A DNA stretch of 64,000 nucleotides from Promethearchaeota archaeon (GCA_030599585.1 JAUVNS010000002.1:288001-352000), one strand, 5' to 3'. Shown: positions 39,189 through 49,354, counted from the stretch's first letter. A program made the numbers and translations. Notes: generated by a model from the sequence alone, not told the origin.

Positions 39189-39921
39189 TTAGTGGATCAA
39201 CTCCTTCCATAATGTTTACTATAAAATCTTCAAACTTAATCACAGGTTTTTTTATTTGATTCTCATCTCTAATTCGTGCTAATGCTGTAAAACAAAATGG
39301 ACATGCCGTTAGTAGTAATTTACCACGATTAAGTTGATCAAAAATTAATTTTGAATTGTAATCGCTATTTTCTTTAAATATTGAATAAACACCTCCCCCA
39401 GCGCCACAACAGATACTATTAGTTTTACTACTTTCCATCTCCTTGAGTTCAACATTTTCAATTGAATTCAGAATCCGTCTTGGTTCATCAATAATAGGAA
39501 TCACAGCATTTCTTAAATGGCAAGCATCGTGATAACTTACTTTTAATTTCTTACCAGTATGCTTTAAGTCTAGTTTTGATAAATTGTCTGGTTCAGTGAG
39601 AAATTGAAGGAAGTGAGTAACTTTAACTTTGAAGTCTTGTCCTAAAAATTGAGCGTAATATTTCGTCAAATAGTTATAGCATCCAGCGCAAGTAGTCACG
39701 AGTTCAGAAATATCATTTAACTCGAACCAGCTATTAACATTTTTTACATGATCTTTTAGCTCGATATCACTGCCGATGTGATAAGATAAAGCTCCACAGC
39801 ATGGAACATCGTCTAGAACGGTGTAACTTGGATCTAAAAAATTGATAATTTTAATAGCATTTTTACACGTCTCTTGATAACGAGTGTTCGATAAACATCC
39901 TAAATAAATCAATTTAGTCAA
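39181..39921 (-). CDS. CCG-domain Fe-S protein (LutA/GlpC/HdrD-like)
   Basis: YLGC, PCCG, CAGC, YHDACHL, CCGAGGG, ACPFC. Confidence 0.85.
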   Translation of the reverse strand: MTKLIYLGCLSNTRYQETCKNAIKIINFLDPSYTVLDDVPCCGALSYHIGSDIELKDHVKNVNSWFELNDISELVTTCAGCYNYLTKYYAQFLGQDFKVKVTHFLQFLTEPDNLSKLDLKHTGKKLKVSYHDACHLRNAVIPIIDEPRRILNSIENVELKEMESSKTNSICCGAGGGVYSIFKENSDYNSKLIFDQLNRGKLLLTACPFCFTALARIRDENQIKKPVIKFEDFIVNIMEGVDPLSE

Positions 39922-40137
39922 TTTTTAATCGTATCTCACTAATTTCTTAATAATTTATGATAGAATTTTGCTATTAAAAATATTTACTGATTCCTATAAT
40001 TTAGAATATATACTACGGTTCAAAGAAATTATATACTATAACATTTTATTCAAAAATGCTTAATAACGAATAGATTGAAATTTATAATTATTAGAATATT
40101 AAAACTAAATATTAGATAATAACTGAGTTGGTTCAAT

Positions 40138-40416
40138 ATTCCAAAAATATTAGAAAACAAGGAGAAGAATTTTTCGCTATTCCTAAATAAAAATAGGTGT
40201 GGGGGCTGTCAAGCTTGCGTATATGTGTGTCCAACGGGAATTCTAGAGATGGGAGATGAATTAAATATGAGAATCGCTTATACACCCCAAGTTAAAGAAG
40301 GAAAAGCAAAGTATTGCACTGCATGTAAACGATGTGAATATGGATGCCCAGATTGGTGTATTTATATTTTGGATGAATCAGATAATGAAACTACAGCAAA
40401 AAAAGCTAAGGTTTAA
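40138..40416 (+). CDS. 2x[4Fe-4S] ferredoxin / 2-oxoacid oxidoreductase delta subunit; probable ATT start
   Basis: First cluster motif CGGCQACVYVCP begins upstream of GTG 40225. There is no ATG/GTG/TTG between TAA 40120 and it. ATT 40138 follows GAGTTGGTT. Second motif CTACKRCEYGCP. Confidence 0.85.
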   Translation: MPKILENKEKNFSLFLNKNRCGGCQACVYVCPTGILEMGDELNMRIAYTPQVKEGKAKYCTACKRCEYGCPDWCIYILDESDNETTAKKAKV

Positions 40417-40429
40417 CGAGGTTAGAAAA

Positions 40430-41599
40430 ATGGATATAGGATATAACAAAAGATTCTTACCAGAAGGAAAACATTTAATGATGGGAAACATAGCAATGTC
40501 AGAAGGTGCTCTCGCTGCGGGATTGAAATTCTTTGGAGGGTACCCTATCACTCCAAGCACGGAAGTTATTGAGCATCTTGCTGTGAGATTACCACAAATT
40601 GGTGGAGTATGTATGCAGATGGAAGACGAATTAGCATCAATCAATGCTGTGATTGGAGCTTCTTTGGTCGGAAGCAAAGCTATGACAGCAACCTCTGGAC
40701 CGGGTATTTCTTTAATGACTGAAACTATCTCAATGGCTGCAAACCTAGAAGTACCATTTGTATTCTGTGATGTACAGCGTAATGGTCCTGGAACAGGGTT
40801 TGTAACTGAGCCACATCATAACGATATAGGGTTAATGCGATTTGCTGGAAACGGCGAGTTTCAAGTGATAACTTTAGCCCCAATGAGTTGTCAAGAATTA
40901 TATGATTTAACTATTACTGCTTTTAATTTTGCAGAGACTTACCGTTGCCCGGTATTTATTATGTCAGATGCTTATCTAGGACACATTCACGAAGTGGTAA
41001 CCATACCTTCAAAGGAAGAAATATTAAAGAAAGTAATTGACCGGGAAATACCCGATGAAATTACTAAAAAATTCTCCTATAAAGATGATATTACAGGAAA
41101 ATATGTTATCCCTAAACCACCAATTATAGGTACGGATTACTGTCCAGGCATGTTTCTTTCTCAACCTCATAGCTCTGAAGGATTACCAACACCTAAACCT
41201 CAATTATTCACTGAAATGATGATTAAAAAAATCACTAGCAACATAGATAAAATTTCTCTAACCGAATCGTATAAACTAGAAGACGCAGAGTTAATTATAA
41301 TAGCTTATGGCTTACCAGTCAGAGCGAGTTATCGCGCGGTTGATTTAGCTCGAAAAGAAGGGATAAGAGTTGGAATTTTTAGGTTGATAACAATATGGCC
41401 TTTTCCAGACGAAAAGGTTAAAGAAACTGTTAAAGATGCAAAAGCGGTTATCGTTCCAGAATTAAATTACACCGGAGTTATAGCAGAACAAGTTGAAAGG
41501 GTTACTAAACTCAGTACACCTGTAATTCGAATTCCAAATGTATGTGAAATTCATCATCCACACGATATTTTAAAAGTTATAAAGGAGGTGGCTAAATAA
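40430..41599 (+). CDS. korA: 2-oxoacid:ferredoxin oxidoreductase alpha subunit
   Basis: GYPITPSTE, QMEDE, TATSGPG, QRNGPGTG. ATG 40430 follows GAGGT. Confidence 0.88.
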   Translation: MDIGYNKRFLPEGKHLMMGNIAMSEGALAAGLKFFGGYPITPSTEVIEHLAVRLPQIGGVCMQMEDELASINAVIGASLVGSKAMTATSGPGISLMTETISMAANLEVPFVFCDVQRNGPGTGFVTEPHHNDIGLMRFAGNGEFQVITLAPMSCQELYDLTITAFNFAETYRCPVFIMSDAYLGHIHEVVTIPSKEEILKKVIDREIPDEITKKFSYKDDITGKYVIPKPPIIGTDYCPGMFLSQPHSSEGLPTPKPQLFTEMMIKKITSNIDKISLTESYKLEDAELIIIAYGLPVRASYRAVDLARKEGIRVGIFRLITIWPFPDEKVKETVKDAKAVIVPELNYTGVIAEQVERVTKLSTPVIRIPNVCEIHHPHDILKVIKEVAK

Positions 41600-42516
41600 T
41601 GTCGGGAATAGGACCTTTGTATCCAAATGAGAAACCAGAGAATCCATATGTTTTAGTATCATACGCGGGACATTTATTAGGAAACTATTCGTCTAGATTG
41701 TGCGCAGGATGTGGATATGGAATCATCGGGCATATTTTTACAAGACTATTTGAAGACGAAAAACTTGATCCGAAACTATATCCATTAGTTCTTGGTATAG
41801 GATGTTATTCTCAAATGTTATTAACAGTACACTACGCAACCCAAAAAGTTTTATCTCTGCACGGCCGTGCACCAGCTTTAGCGACAGGTATGAAAATGGC
41901 AAATCCTCTGATGAAACCAATAATTTTCACTGGTGATGGTGATTGTTTAGGGATCGGAGGTAATCATTTTATACACACATGTCGTCGAAATTTAGATTGT
42001 ATTATATTAATTTTCAACAATAGCATTTACGCAATGACGGGTGGACAAGGTGCACCTACAACATTATATGGTGCCAACAGTACAACGACACCATATAAAA
42101 TGTTTGAAAATCGGAGTGATGGAATTAAACTTGCTTTGGCTGCGGGAGCTACTTATGTAGCACGAACAACAGTTGCTCACCCACGCACTTTTATGAAATA
42201 TTTTAGAAAGGCACTAAAGCATAAGGGAACCTCTGTAATAGAATTAATTACTCCTTGTGTTACTTACTTCGGGAGAAAAAATTTAAATAACCTTGGAGCA
42301 GAACACTTAGGAATGAAAGGAGAAAAGATGGATACAGCGGGTAAAATGATAGATTGGATTAAAAGAAATAGTGTGAGAGTAAACCAAGCCAAGTTCATGA
42401 ACGAAGAAGAACTATTTAACAAATATGTTATTGGAGAATTTAGATACGCCCCAGATCAACCGGAGTATTCCGAAGAATACGCTAAAATACAAAAAATAGC
42501 AAGAGGAGGTAGCTGA
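41599..42516 (+). CDS. korB: 2-oxoacid:ferredoxin oxidoreductase beta subunit
   Basis: CAGCG, GIGC, LHGRA, TPP motif GDGD...NN, MTGGQ. Confidence 0.88.
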   Translation: MSGIGPLYPNEKPENPYVLVSYAGHLLGNYSSRLCAGCGYGIIGHIFTRLFEDEKLDPKLYPLVLGIGCYSQMLLTVHYATQKVLSLHGRAPALATGMKMANPLMKPIIFTGDGDCLGIGGNHFIHTCRRNLDCIILIFNNSIYAMTGGQGAPTTLYGANSTTTPYKMFENRSDGIKLALAAGATYVARTTVAHPRTFMKYFRKALKHKGTSVIELITPCVTYFGRKNLNNLGAEHLGMKGEKMDTAGKMIDWIKRNSVRVNQAKFMNEEELFNKYVIGEFRYAPDQPEYSEEYAKIQKIARGGS

Positions 42517-42520
42517 AATC

Positions 42521-43120
42521 GTGTCTCGGTATGAGTTTCGCGTAAGTGGGTTTGGTGGGCAGGGAGTTATAACTCTTAGTAAAATGATAATAATGGCAAG
42601 CTCAATCTATGAAGGCCTTGCTGCTACGCAAACTGAAGCCTATTCCGCCGCTGCAAGAGGGGGAAAATGCTGGGCAGAAGTAGTTGTTGACTTAGATAAA
42701 AAAATAGAGTTTATAGACTACCCTAAAGCTTTAACGCCCTACGATTTTTTAATCGTCTTATCAGAAGAATCTGCTAATGGTGTTAAGGTTGATTTTGTAA
42801 AAGATGAGGAAAACACAGGATTTTTAATATGGGACACCTCTACAATTAGAAAATTTAGGGTAGCAAAAAAAATTACTAAGGTTTTGGGTATACCAATTCA
42901 AAAATTAGCGGTTGAAAAGTTCGGGAATATTGTTTTTGGAAACTCAATTTTATTTGGTATCTTTACGATACTTTCGGGAATCTTTTCCGAAGAATCTGCT
43001 TCAGAAACTCTTAAGAAGTTTGTTCCGAATTCTACTTTAGATAAAAATTTAGAAGCCTTTGAATTAGGGAAACAAGAAGCAATGAATTTTTTAGAACAAA
43101 TAAAGGGTGTGAACAATTAG
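42521..43120 (+). CDS. korC: 2-oxoacid:ferredoxin oxidoreductase gamma subunit
   Basis: SGFGGQGVI, YSAAARGG, N...G, NLEAFELG. GTG start. Confidence 0.85.
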   Translation: MSRYEFRVSGFGGQGVITLSKMIIMASSIYEGLAATQTEAYSAAARGGKCWAEVVVDLDKKIEFIDYPKALTPYDFLIVLSEESANGVKVDFVKDEENTGFLIWDTSTIRKFRVAKKITKVLGIPIQKLAVEKFGNIVFGNSILFGIFTILSGIFSEESASETLKKFVPNSTLDKNLEAFELGKQEAMNFLEQIKGVNN

Positions 43121-43121
43121 A

Positions 43122-44939
43122 ATGTTTATCGGGAAAGTTCAAAAAGGTTGGAAAGAGTTATATGAAGAAGTAATTCAAACGGGGAAATGTGTATACTGTG
43201 GAGCTTGTGGGGCATTCTGTGCCAACATTCTATTTGATAAAGAAAAGGAGATCCCAATAGAAGATGGGTCCTGTAAAGATATAAACACATGTAGAGATGG
43301 TTACGGACTTTGCTATAATCTCTGTCCAAAAACGGAAACTGAGACGATTCCTTTGTCATTATTGGACAATTGGGTTTTTGGAAAGAAACGCGATAAGATT
43401 CTTGGACATTATCTCAAAATTGTTTCAATTAAGCTAACAGATAAAGCAAGAAAAAGCATACCAGCTAAAGCGGGACCTTTAACAGGACTATTATGGTTGG
43501 CTATGGAAAACGGTTTAGTCGACTCCTCTATTATTACTGATAAAGACGATAACTTTAGACCTCTCCCTATGATCGCCCAGAATTCACAAGATATATTCAA
43601 AGGAGTAGGGTATAAACCAAGTCAAGGTCCTTTACTCTCACTTTTAGGAGATGCTATTAATAAAGAAAGCGTAGATATTGCTGTAGTAGGGACTCCTTGC
43701 CAAATTCAAGCTCTAAGAAAGCTACAGAACCACCCCGCATTTGATTACGAAGCATACGATTTAGTATCGCTTGCTATTGGGACTTTTTGCTTCGGAACTT
43801 ATTACAACCAATTATTAGAAATGGTTTTTGAGGAATTTGGGGTTAAATCAAGTGAAATAAATAAAATAGACACCGATAAAGACAACTTTAAGGTGAAAAT
43901 TATTAGTAATTCTACTGTTAAAGAAATACCACTAAATTATTTATACGAAAAAGCAATAAGAAAAGCTTGTTTTTCCTGTTCAGATTACACAGCTTCCTTT
44001 GCGGATTTATCAATTGGAAAATTTGGCAGTAAAGACGGTTGGAATACGCTAATTGTAAGAACAGAAAGAGGAAAACAAGTTTATGATTTAGCCATTGAAC
44101 AAGGGTTCATCAAAACAATACCATTAGAACACGATAAGAAAGAACTTATTTTGGATTTAACCAGAAATAAAACTGATATAGTCAAGATAGAATCAATAAC
44201 TGAACTTTCCCCCGAAATCAAAAGTTTTATGGTTAGAAACGCGAGGATTGCAGGCGCTTACAAACCGGGGATGTTTGTTATTTTATGGCTTCCCGATGTT
44301 GACTTCTTACCAATGTCCATCTCGAGCATAAACGAAGACCTTATCGAAATAACCGTTAAAAAAATAGGAGAGGGAACCTCCAAATTATTTGATCTAACTA
44401 AAGGAGACGCAATTGGAATTAGAGGTCCTTTTGGGAATTCGTTTAGTTACGAGGAATCGAAAAATATTCTTGTCGTAGGAGGAGGGATGGGAATCGCAGC
44501 CTTAACAACATTAATAGAAACTCTTAAACAAAACAAAGCAAACGTACAAGTAGCAATTGGAGCTAAAGATGAAGATTCGTTAATATTCGCTGAGAGACTG
44601 TTGAAATTGATTCCAAATACGATGTGTACTACTGATGACGGATCTTTTGGTAAGAAATGCGTCGTAACTGATCCCGTAGAAGATCTAATTAATAAAAAAC
44701 ACTTCGATTTGATTGTTACATGTGGTCCTGAAATTATGATGAAAAAAGTTCTTGAACTAGCAGAATCAAAGAATATTGAACTTCAAGCCAGCTTGGAACG
44801 AAAAATGAAATGTGGTGTAGGTTTATGTGGCTCTTGCTGCGTAGGAGTAGAGAATAATATAACCATTTGTAAAGATGGACCCGTGTTTAATTCAGATCAA
44901 TTAAAAAATTATCCGAAATTTGGAACTTATTCTAAATAA
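43122..44939 (+). CDS. Fusion of FrhB/FdhB-family (F420-interacting) beta subunit and PyrK-like FAD/NAD/[2Fe-2S] electron-transfer domain
   Basis: N-terminal half: CVYCGAC, VVGTPCQ, IGTFC, CFSCSD. C-terminal half: RGPFG, VGGGMG, TDDGS, CGPEIMM, ERKMKCGVGLCGSC, CKDGPVF. Confidence 0.85.
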   Translation: MFIGKVQKGWKELYEEVIQTGKCVYCGACGAFCANILFDKEKEIPIEDGSCKDINTCRDGYGLCYNLCPKTETETIPLSLLDNWVFGKKRDKILGHYLKIVSIKLTDKARKSIPAKAGPLTGLLWLAMENGLVDSSIITDKDDNFRPLPMIAQNSQDIFKGVGYKPSQGPLLSLLGDAINKESVDIAVVGTPCQIQALRKLQNHPAFDYEAYDLVSLAIGTFCFGTYYNQLLEMVFEEFGVKSSEINKIDTDKDNFKVKIISNSTVKEIPLNYLYEKAIRKACFSCSDYTASFADLSIGKFGSKDGWNTLIVRTERGKQVYDLAIEQGFIKTIPLEHDKKELILDLTRNKTDIVKIESITELSPEIKSFMVRNARIAGAYKPGMFVILWLPDVDFLPMSISSINEDLIEITVKKIGEGTSKLFDLTKGDAIGIRGPFGNSFSYEESKNILVVGGGMGIAALTTLIETLKQNKANVQVAIGAKDEDSLIFAERLLKLIPNTMCTTDDGSFGKKCVVTDPVEDLINKKHFDLIVTCGPEIMMKKVLELAESKNIELQASLERKMKCGVGLCGSCCVGVENNITICKDGPVFNSDQLKNYPKFGTYSK

Positions 44940-45784
44940 TTAGTTTTCTCGGGAATCCCATTCGAGCAGGAAACTCCCACTTGACATAATCCACATCCAT
45001 AAATGTTAATTCCATAATTTTTTTTTATATATGGAATGGTTCCCGTAACGTGGTTGGAGCATATAATTTTATCGTGGCGGTTTTCGGAAGTTATTGCGTT
45101 AACTGGGCATCGGTCGATACAATCTCCACAATTATTACAATATTTGTAGGGATCTGAAGGTCTCTTGGCAGCGTCAGAGGGTAAACTATAATCAACAATT
45201 ATACTTCCACACCTCATTGCTTTACCCCTTGAGTTAATAAAACCATCGGATAAACCAAACGACCCTAAACCAGACGCAAAGCAGCAATGTCTGTGAGACC
45301 AGTTAGAAACCCAGATCTTACGGTTGATTTTAAATAAGGGCTTTTCCTGAGTAGGTGCCATTGCTTTTATTCCTAACTTTTTTAACTCGTCAATTAAATG
45401 TGTTTGAGCTTTCACATTTGCTTGTTCTCCGAATAATCGCGTATTCGCCCATCTTTCTGAAGGATAAACTTTAGAATATTCAAAATTCTCTTCCTTGGTT
45501 CTCTTGTTTATCGGGAGGATGTAGGTCACTACGCTTAGATTTTCGGTTGAGAGAGGTATGCCATTTTTTTCGCAATACCACGAGTAAGCTTCTATTGGTG
45601 TGAGATAAAATTCTCCTATAATATTCTTATATTCGCTAAAAATGGGATCGTCTCCAGAAACAAACCCAACAATTACATCAGGTTCAAAAATGAGAGAACT
45701 GTCCACCATTTTCATCTTATTACTTTCGTCACTTTCTAGGAAACTATTTATCTTTTCAACGAACCAATCTTTATTTATCCCCAT
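44927..45784 (-). CDS. Epoxyqueuosine reductase/reductive dehalogenase-like Fe-S protein
   Basis: SNWSHRHCCFASGLGSFG, CNNCGDCIDRCP, CGLCQVGVSC. Confidence 0.75.
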   Translation of the reverse strand: MGINKDWFVEKINSFLESDESNKMKMVDSSLIFEPDVIVGFVSGDDPIFSEYKNIIGEFYLTPIEAYSWYCEKNGIPLSTENLSVVTYILPINKRTKEENFEYSKVYPSERWANTRLFGEQANVKAQTHLIDELKKLGIKAMAPTQEKPLFKINRKIWVSNWSHRHCCFASGLGSFGLSDGFINSRGKAMRCGSIIVDYSLPSDAAKRPSDPYKYCNNCGDCIDRCPVNAITSENRHDKIICSNHVTGTIPYIKKNYGINIYGCGLCQVGVSCSNGIPEKTNYLE

Positions 45785-45909
45785 AAGAAAGTAAAACCTT
45801 CCTTAAATCAAATTTATCTATTTACTTATATATTTAATTACCCTTTAACTTTATTCATCATTCCTTAAATTCGGAAATTATTAGTTAATAAGGTTTTGTT
45901 CTATAGATT

Positions 45910-46875
45910 ATGGAAAATTACGATCTTAGAAAGGGTTTAATTAACGGAATTATTACCGTACTGTTAATAGGATTACAACCAGTCATTTCACTTTCGAGGC
46001 CGCCGATAATTGACGCTTTTACCTTTTCTACCATCACGGCACTATTTATGGCTATAATATTTTTTCCTTTATTCTTAATCGAAAGATTTAAAATGAAAAA
46101 CTTAGTTAAAACAGAATCGAATGACAGGATACATTCTCTTTTGAGTGGTTGGAAGCAACCAAGGAATATTAGATTACTTGTTGGAATTGGAATTGTTTTT
46201 TCTATTGTTCCTGTATTATTAATAGTGGGTTACGATCTCGCTGGAGCAGTTAATAGCTCACTCGCATTAAAAAGTGAAGTTATCATTGCTCTACTATCAG
46301 GTTATATCTTTTTAAATGAAAAACGAATATCTAAAACCCAGATTTTTTTCAGTATAATTTTAATTTTAGGATTATTTATCGCAATTACGCAAGGATTTTC
46401 AGAATTGTTTGAAATTAACCTCGGGGTTCTTATAATTGTAGTGGCGGTTATTATCTTTACTATTACGCATGCATTTACTAAATCAGGATTCGATAGAAAC
46501 GAAATTAGCCCTATTCAAGTAGTTTTTATTCGGAACGTATTAAGTGGAACAATATTGTTGTTAACTTATTTCATTTTTTTCCCCTTAGAAGGATTAATAA
46601 CCGTGCTTAAACCGGAATATCTTATATATCCTTTTATTATGGCATTAGATTGGGGATTTTCTTTATTATTCTGGTATAGAACATTGTCTTACATCTCTAT
46701 TGGAAAAGCGGGTGTTATTATGTCCTTAACACCAATCACATCAGCTTTTTTTTCCTGGATCATTCTCGGGGATGAGATCACATATTTCCACCTCATAGGA
46801 ATAACGATAGTAATTGTTTCGATTTACATGATCATTCGAGAAAGAAAAAATGAAAAGGAAATTAAAAGCAGTTAG
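45910..46875 (+). CDS. DMT/EamA family transporter
   Basis: About 10 TM helices in two EamA repeats. Confidence 0.85.
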   Translation: MENYDLRKGLINGIITVLLIGLQPVISLSRPPIIDAFTFSTITALFMAIIFFPLFLIERFKMKNLVKTESNDRIHSLLSGWKQPRNIRLLVGIGIVFSIVPVLLIVGYDLAGAVNSSLALKSEVIIALLSGYIFLNEKRISKTQIFFSIILILGLFIAITQGFSELFEINLGVLIIVVAVIIFTITHAFTKSGFDRNEISPIQVVFIRNVLSGTILLLTYFIFFPLEGLITVLKPEYLIYPFIMALDWGFSLLFWYRTLSYISIGKAGVIMSLTPITSAFFSWIILGDEITYFHLIGITIVIVSIYMIIRERKNEKEIKSS

Positions 46876-46897
46876 CAAAAATTAAATAATTAATGTA

Positions 46898-48046
46898 TTA
46901 TAAAGGGTATACACCAAATTTGTTAGCGGCTTCTATCATCCATCTCAAATGCTCAACTGACATCTTGGGATGAAAATTAGCCGGAGATATCATACCACCT
47001 CCTCCAGGACCCAGTGCGTTTATTGCATTTTTAACGGCTTGTTCCACTTCCTCTTTTGTAGCATCTACGAGAATATGTCTTGTATCGATATTTCCAGATA
47101 AACAGAGTTTGTCACCTATTTTCTTTTTGACTAAATACGGATCTACCAAAGGTGGTTCAAGACATTGCAGACCATCAAATCCTGACTCGACGATGAAGTC
47201 TAAGAGATCAGTAACATCACCATCAGTATGCAATATATATTTCCCACCCCACTCGTGAATCTGTTCTGAAACTTCTTGATAACGGGGAAGTAAATATTCA
47301 TTAAAGTTTTTGTGGCTCATAAATTGACCTCCCGAATGTGCAATATCTCCCCCTTCAAGAAAAATTTTAGCTCCGCAATCATGATAGGCTTTAAAAGTAG
47401 TTAATGTATAGTCAGTAGTGAAGCGAAACCGTTCTTTAACAAGTTTCGGATCATTTTTAAGAGCCCGAGCGAAATAAGCCATCCCCATCCCCTGCCAAAC
47501 TGGGGGAAACACTGAAGTTAATGCATTTTGAGCAAAAAGGCAAATGTCATCCTTTATATCACGGCATTTTCTCAAAACGCCCTTATAAAATTTTTTAGCC
47601 TTGTTGTATTCCTCCTTCATATCAGGCTTAGGATACGCTTCCCAATCTTCTCGATTTTTAATATATCCTCCATAGTAATCTGGATAAGGGTTTCCATCAA
47701 TATTACGGACTCTATGCCTCTTTCCAAATATATCTGTCATTTCTGTTTGGCTTTCAAGGATAAAGGGGATGTACTGTACTCCCACTCCATCAAATCCCAG
47801 ATCTAGCCCTGCTCTTACTGCTTTTGAAAATGTCGAAATTTCAATGTCAAGAAGGATATCGTTAATTTTATCTACCCAATCATCTGGATACTGTTTTTCC
47901 AGATCATCAAATATATCAAAAGCATTTCGCTTCGGACGACCTAAGATTTGATCAGCGACATTTCCATCAATATTAATGGTGTGGATTGGAATTCTATCCG
48001 GCTCCTCGAGATTTAACGCCGTCCATATCCGTTCGAAACTTTTCAT
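46898..48046 (-). CDS. Uroporphyrinogen decarboxylase / MtaA-CmuA family protein
   Basis: EEPDRIP, LHTDGD, GFDGLQCLEP, LSGNID, GGMISPAN. Confidence 0.82.
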   Translation of the reverse strand: MKSFERIWTALNLEEPDRIPIHTINIDGNVADQILGRPKRNAFDIFDDLEKQYPDDWVDKINDILLDIEISTFSKAVRAGLDLGFDGVGVQYIPFILESQTEMTDIFGKRHRVRNIDGNPYPDYYGGYIKNREDWEAYPKPDMKEEYNKAKKFYKGVLRKCRDIKDDICLFAQNALTSVFPPVWQGMGMAYFARALKNDPKLVKERFRFTTDYTLTTFKAYHDCGAKIFLEGGDIAHSGGQFMSHKNFNEYLLPRYQEVSEQIHEWGGKYILHTDGDVTDLLDFIVESGFDGLQCLEPPLVDPYLVKKKIGDKLCLSGNIDTRHILVDATKEEVEQAVKNAINALGPGGGGMISPANFHPKMSVEHLRWMIEAANKFGVYPL

Positions 48047-48157
48047 AATCAATGTTTTAAGGGTTGAATAAATTAATAATATTTTTCTTTATAGTGAGTT
48101 CTTCTTTTCTTCTTCATTATAAAAGTTTTTAATTTTTTCTAGTTTTTCTTAGATATC

Positions 48158-49099
48158 TTGAGTAATAATCTGAAAAAAGGCTTAATTTTTGGAGTTATCG
48201 GAACTATCCTTGTTGGATTTCAACCGATTATAGCAAATTCGGCTAAATCAATCGATTCTCATGTATTTGCAGCTATGACATGTTTGATTGAAGCAACAAT
48301 ATTTCTCCCTCTCATGATTTTAGAGATGCGAATCAACAAAAGGAAAGAAAGGAGAAATCCTGATGTAATGTCAAATAACTCAATTTTGACAAGTTTGAAG
48401 AAAAATTTTTGGGTAATAGCTTTTATCGGGATAATCTTTAGTATTAATCAACTTCTATTTTTTGTGGGATATCGATTAGCAGGGGCTATAAATGGATCTT
48501 TAACTCAAAAAACTTCCGTATTCTTTGGATTATTGTTTGGTTTTTTGTTATTAAAAGAAAAAATTTCAAAAATTCAAATCGTATTTTCCATCGTGTTATT
48601 TTTCGGTTTAGTAATAGCAATAACTCAAGGTTCGTTGAATTTTCTGAGCTTTAACACCGAAATTTTGATTGGTGTATTGATTGTATTATTAATTACAGCT
48701 CTATGGATGTTTGGCCACTCAATGACGAAACCATTGTTTAGTCGAAACGACTTTACCCCAACTCAAATGGTTTTCATCCGAAATATGTTAAGTGGAGTCA
48801 TATTAATAATTACTTACTTTACTTTTTCTCCTGTTGATTTAAGTGTATTTTTTAATCCATATAATCAATTCTTCTTTATATTAATGGGAACTGTATATGG
48901 CGGCGGTTTATTCTGTTGGTACAAGACACTTTCATATTTAGATGTCTCGAATGCTACCATTGTCTTATCTCCCACTCCAATTATTACCGCAATCTTTGCT
49001 ACATTTATATTAGGAGCGATTTTTACACTCTTTCATTTAATTGGTTTGATATTGGTTATCTTCTCTATTATTATAATTATGAAACAAAAAAAAGATTGA
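48158..49099 (+). CDS. DMT/EamA family transporter (paralog of 45910-46875)
   Basis: Shares GxQP, LAGAxN, QxVFIRNxLSG, WYxTLSY and PIxxA with the upstream paralog. Confidence 0.85.
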   Translation: MSNNLKKGLIFGVIGTILVGFQPIIANSAKSIDSHVFAAMTCLIEATIFLPLMILEMRINKRKERRNPDVMSNNSILTSLKKNFWVIAFIGIIFSINQLLFFVGYRLAGAINGSLTQKTSVFFGLLFGFLLLKEKISKIQIVFSIVLFFGLVIAITQGSLNFLSFNTEILIGVLIVLLITALWMFGHSMTKPLFSRNDFTPTQMVFIRNMLSGVILIITYFTFSPVDLSVFFNPYNQFFFILMGTVYGGGLFCWYKTLSYLDVSNATIVLSPTPIITAIFATFILGAIFTLFHLIGLILVIFSIIIIMKQKKD

Positions 49100-49354
49100 A
49101 AATTTATCCCTTCATTCCAATTTTCATAGTTTTATGGTTTATAGATATATTTTAGGTAAATGATATTCAAAAATATATTCTTATATGTTTTTCACTTCCC
49201 CACTAAGAATTGTTCACATGTCAATTTATAAAGGAATTAGATAATTCAGAACATTTATATATCGAAGGAATATAGTTATAAATATAAAAAAATATATTTC
49301 AAGAATCGAAATTCTTGCTTAAACTGTAGTTTAGACTATAAAGGAAGTAATAAA

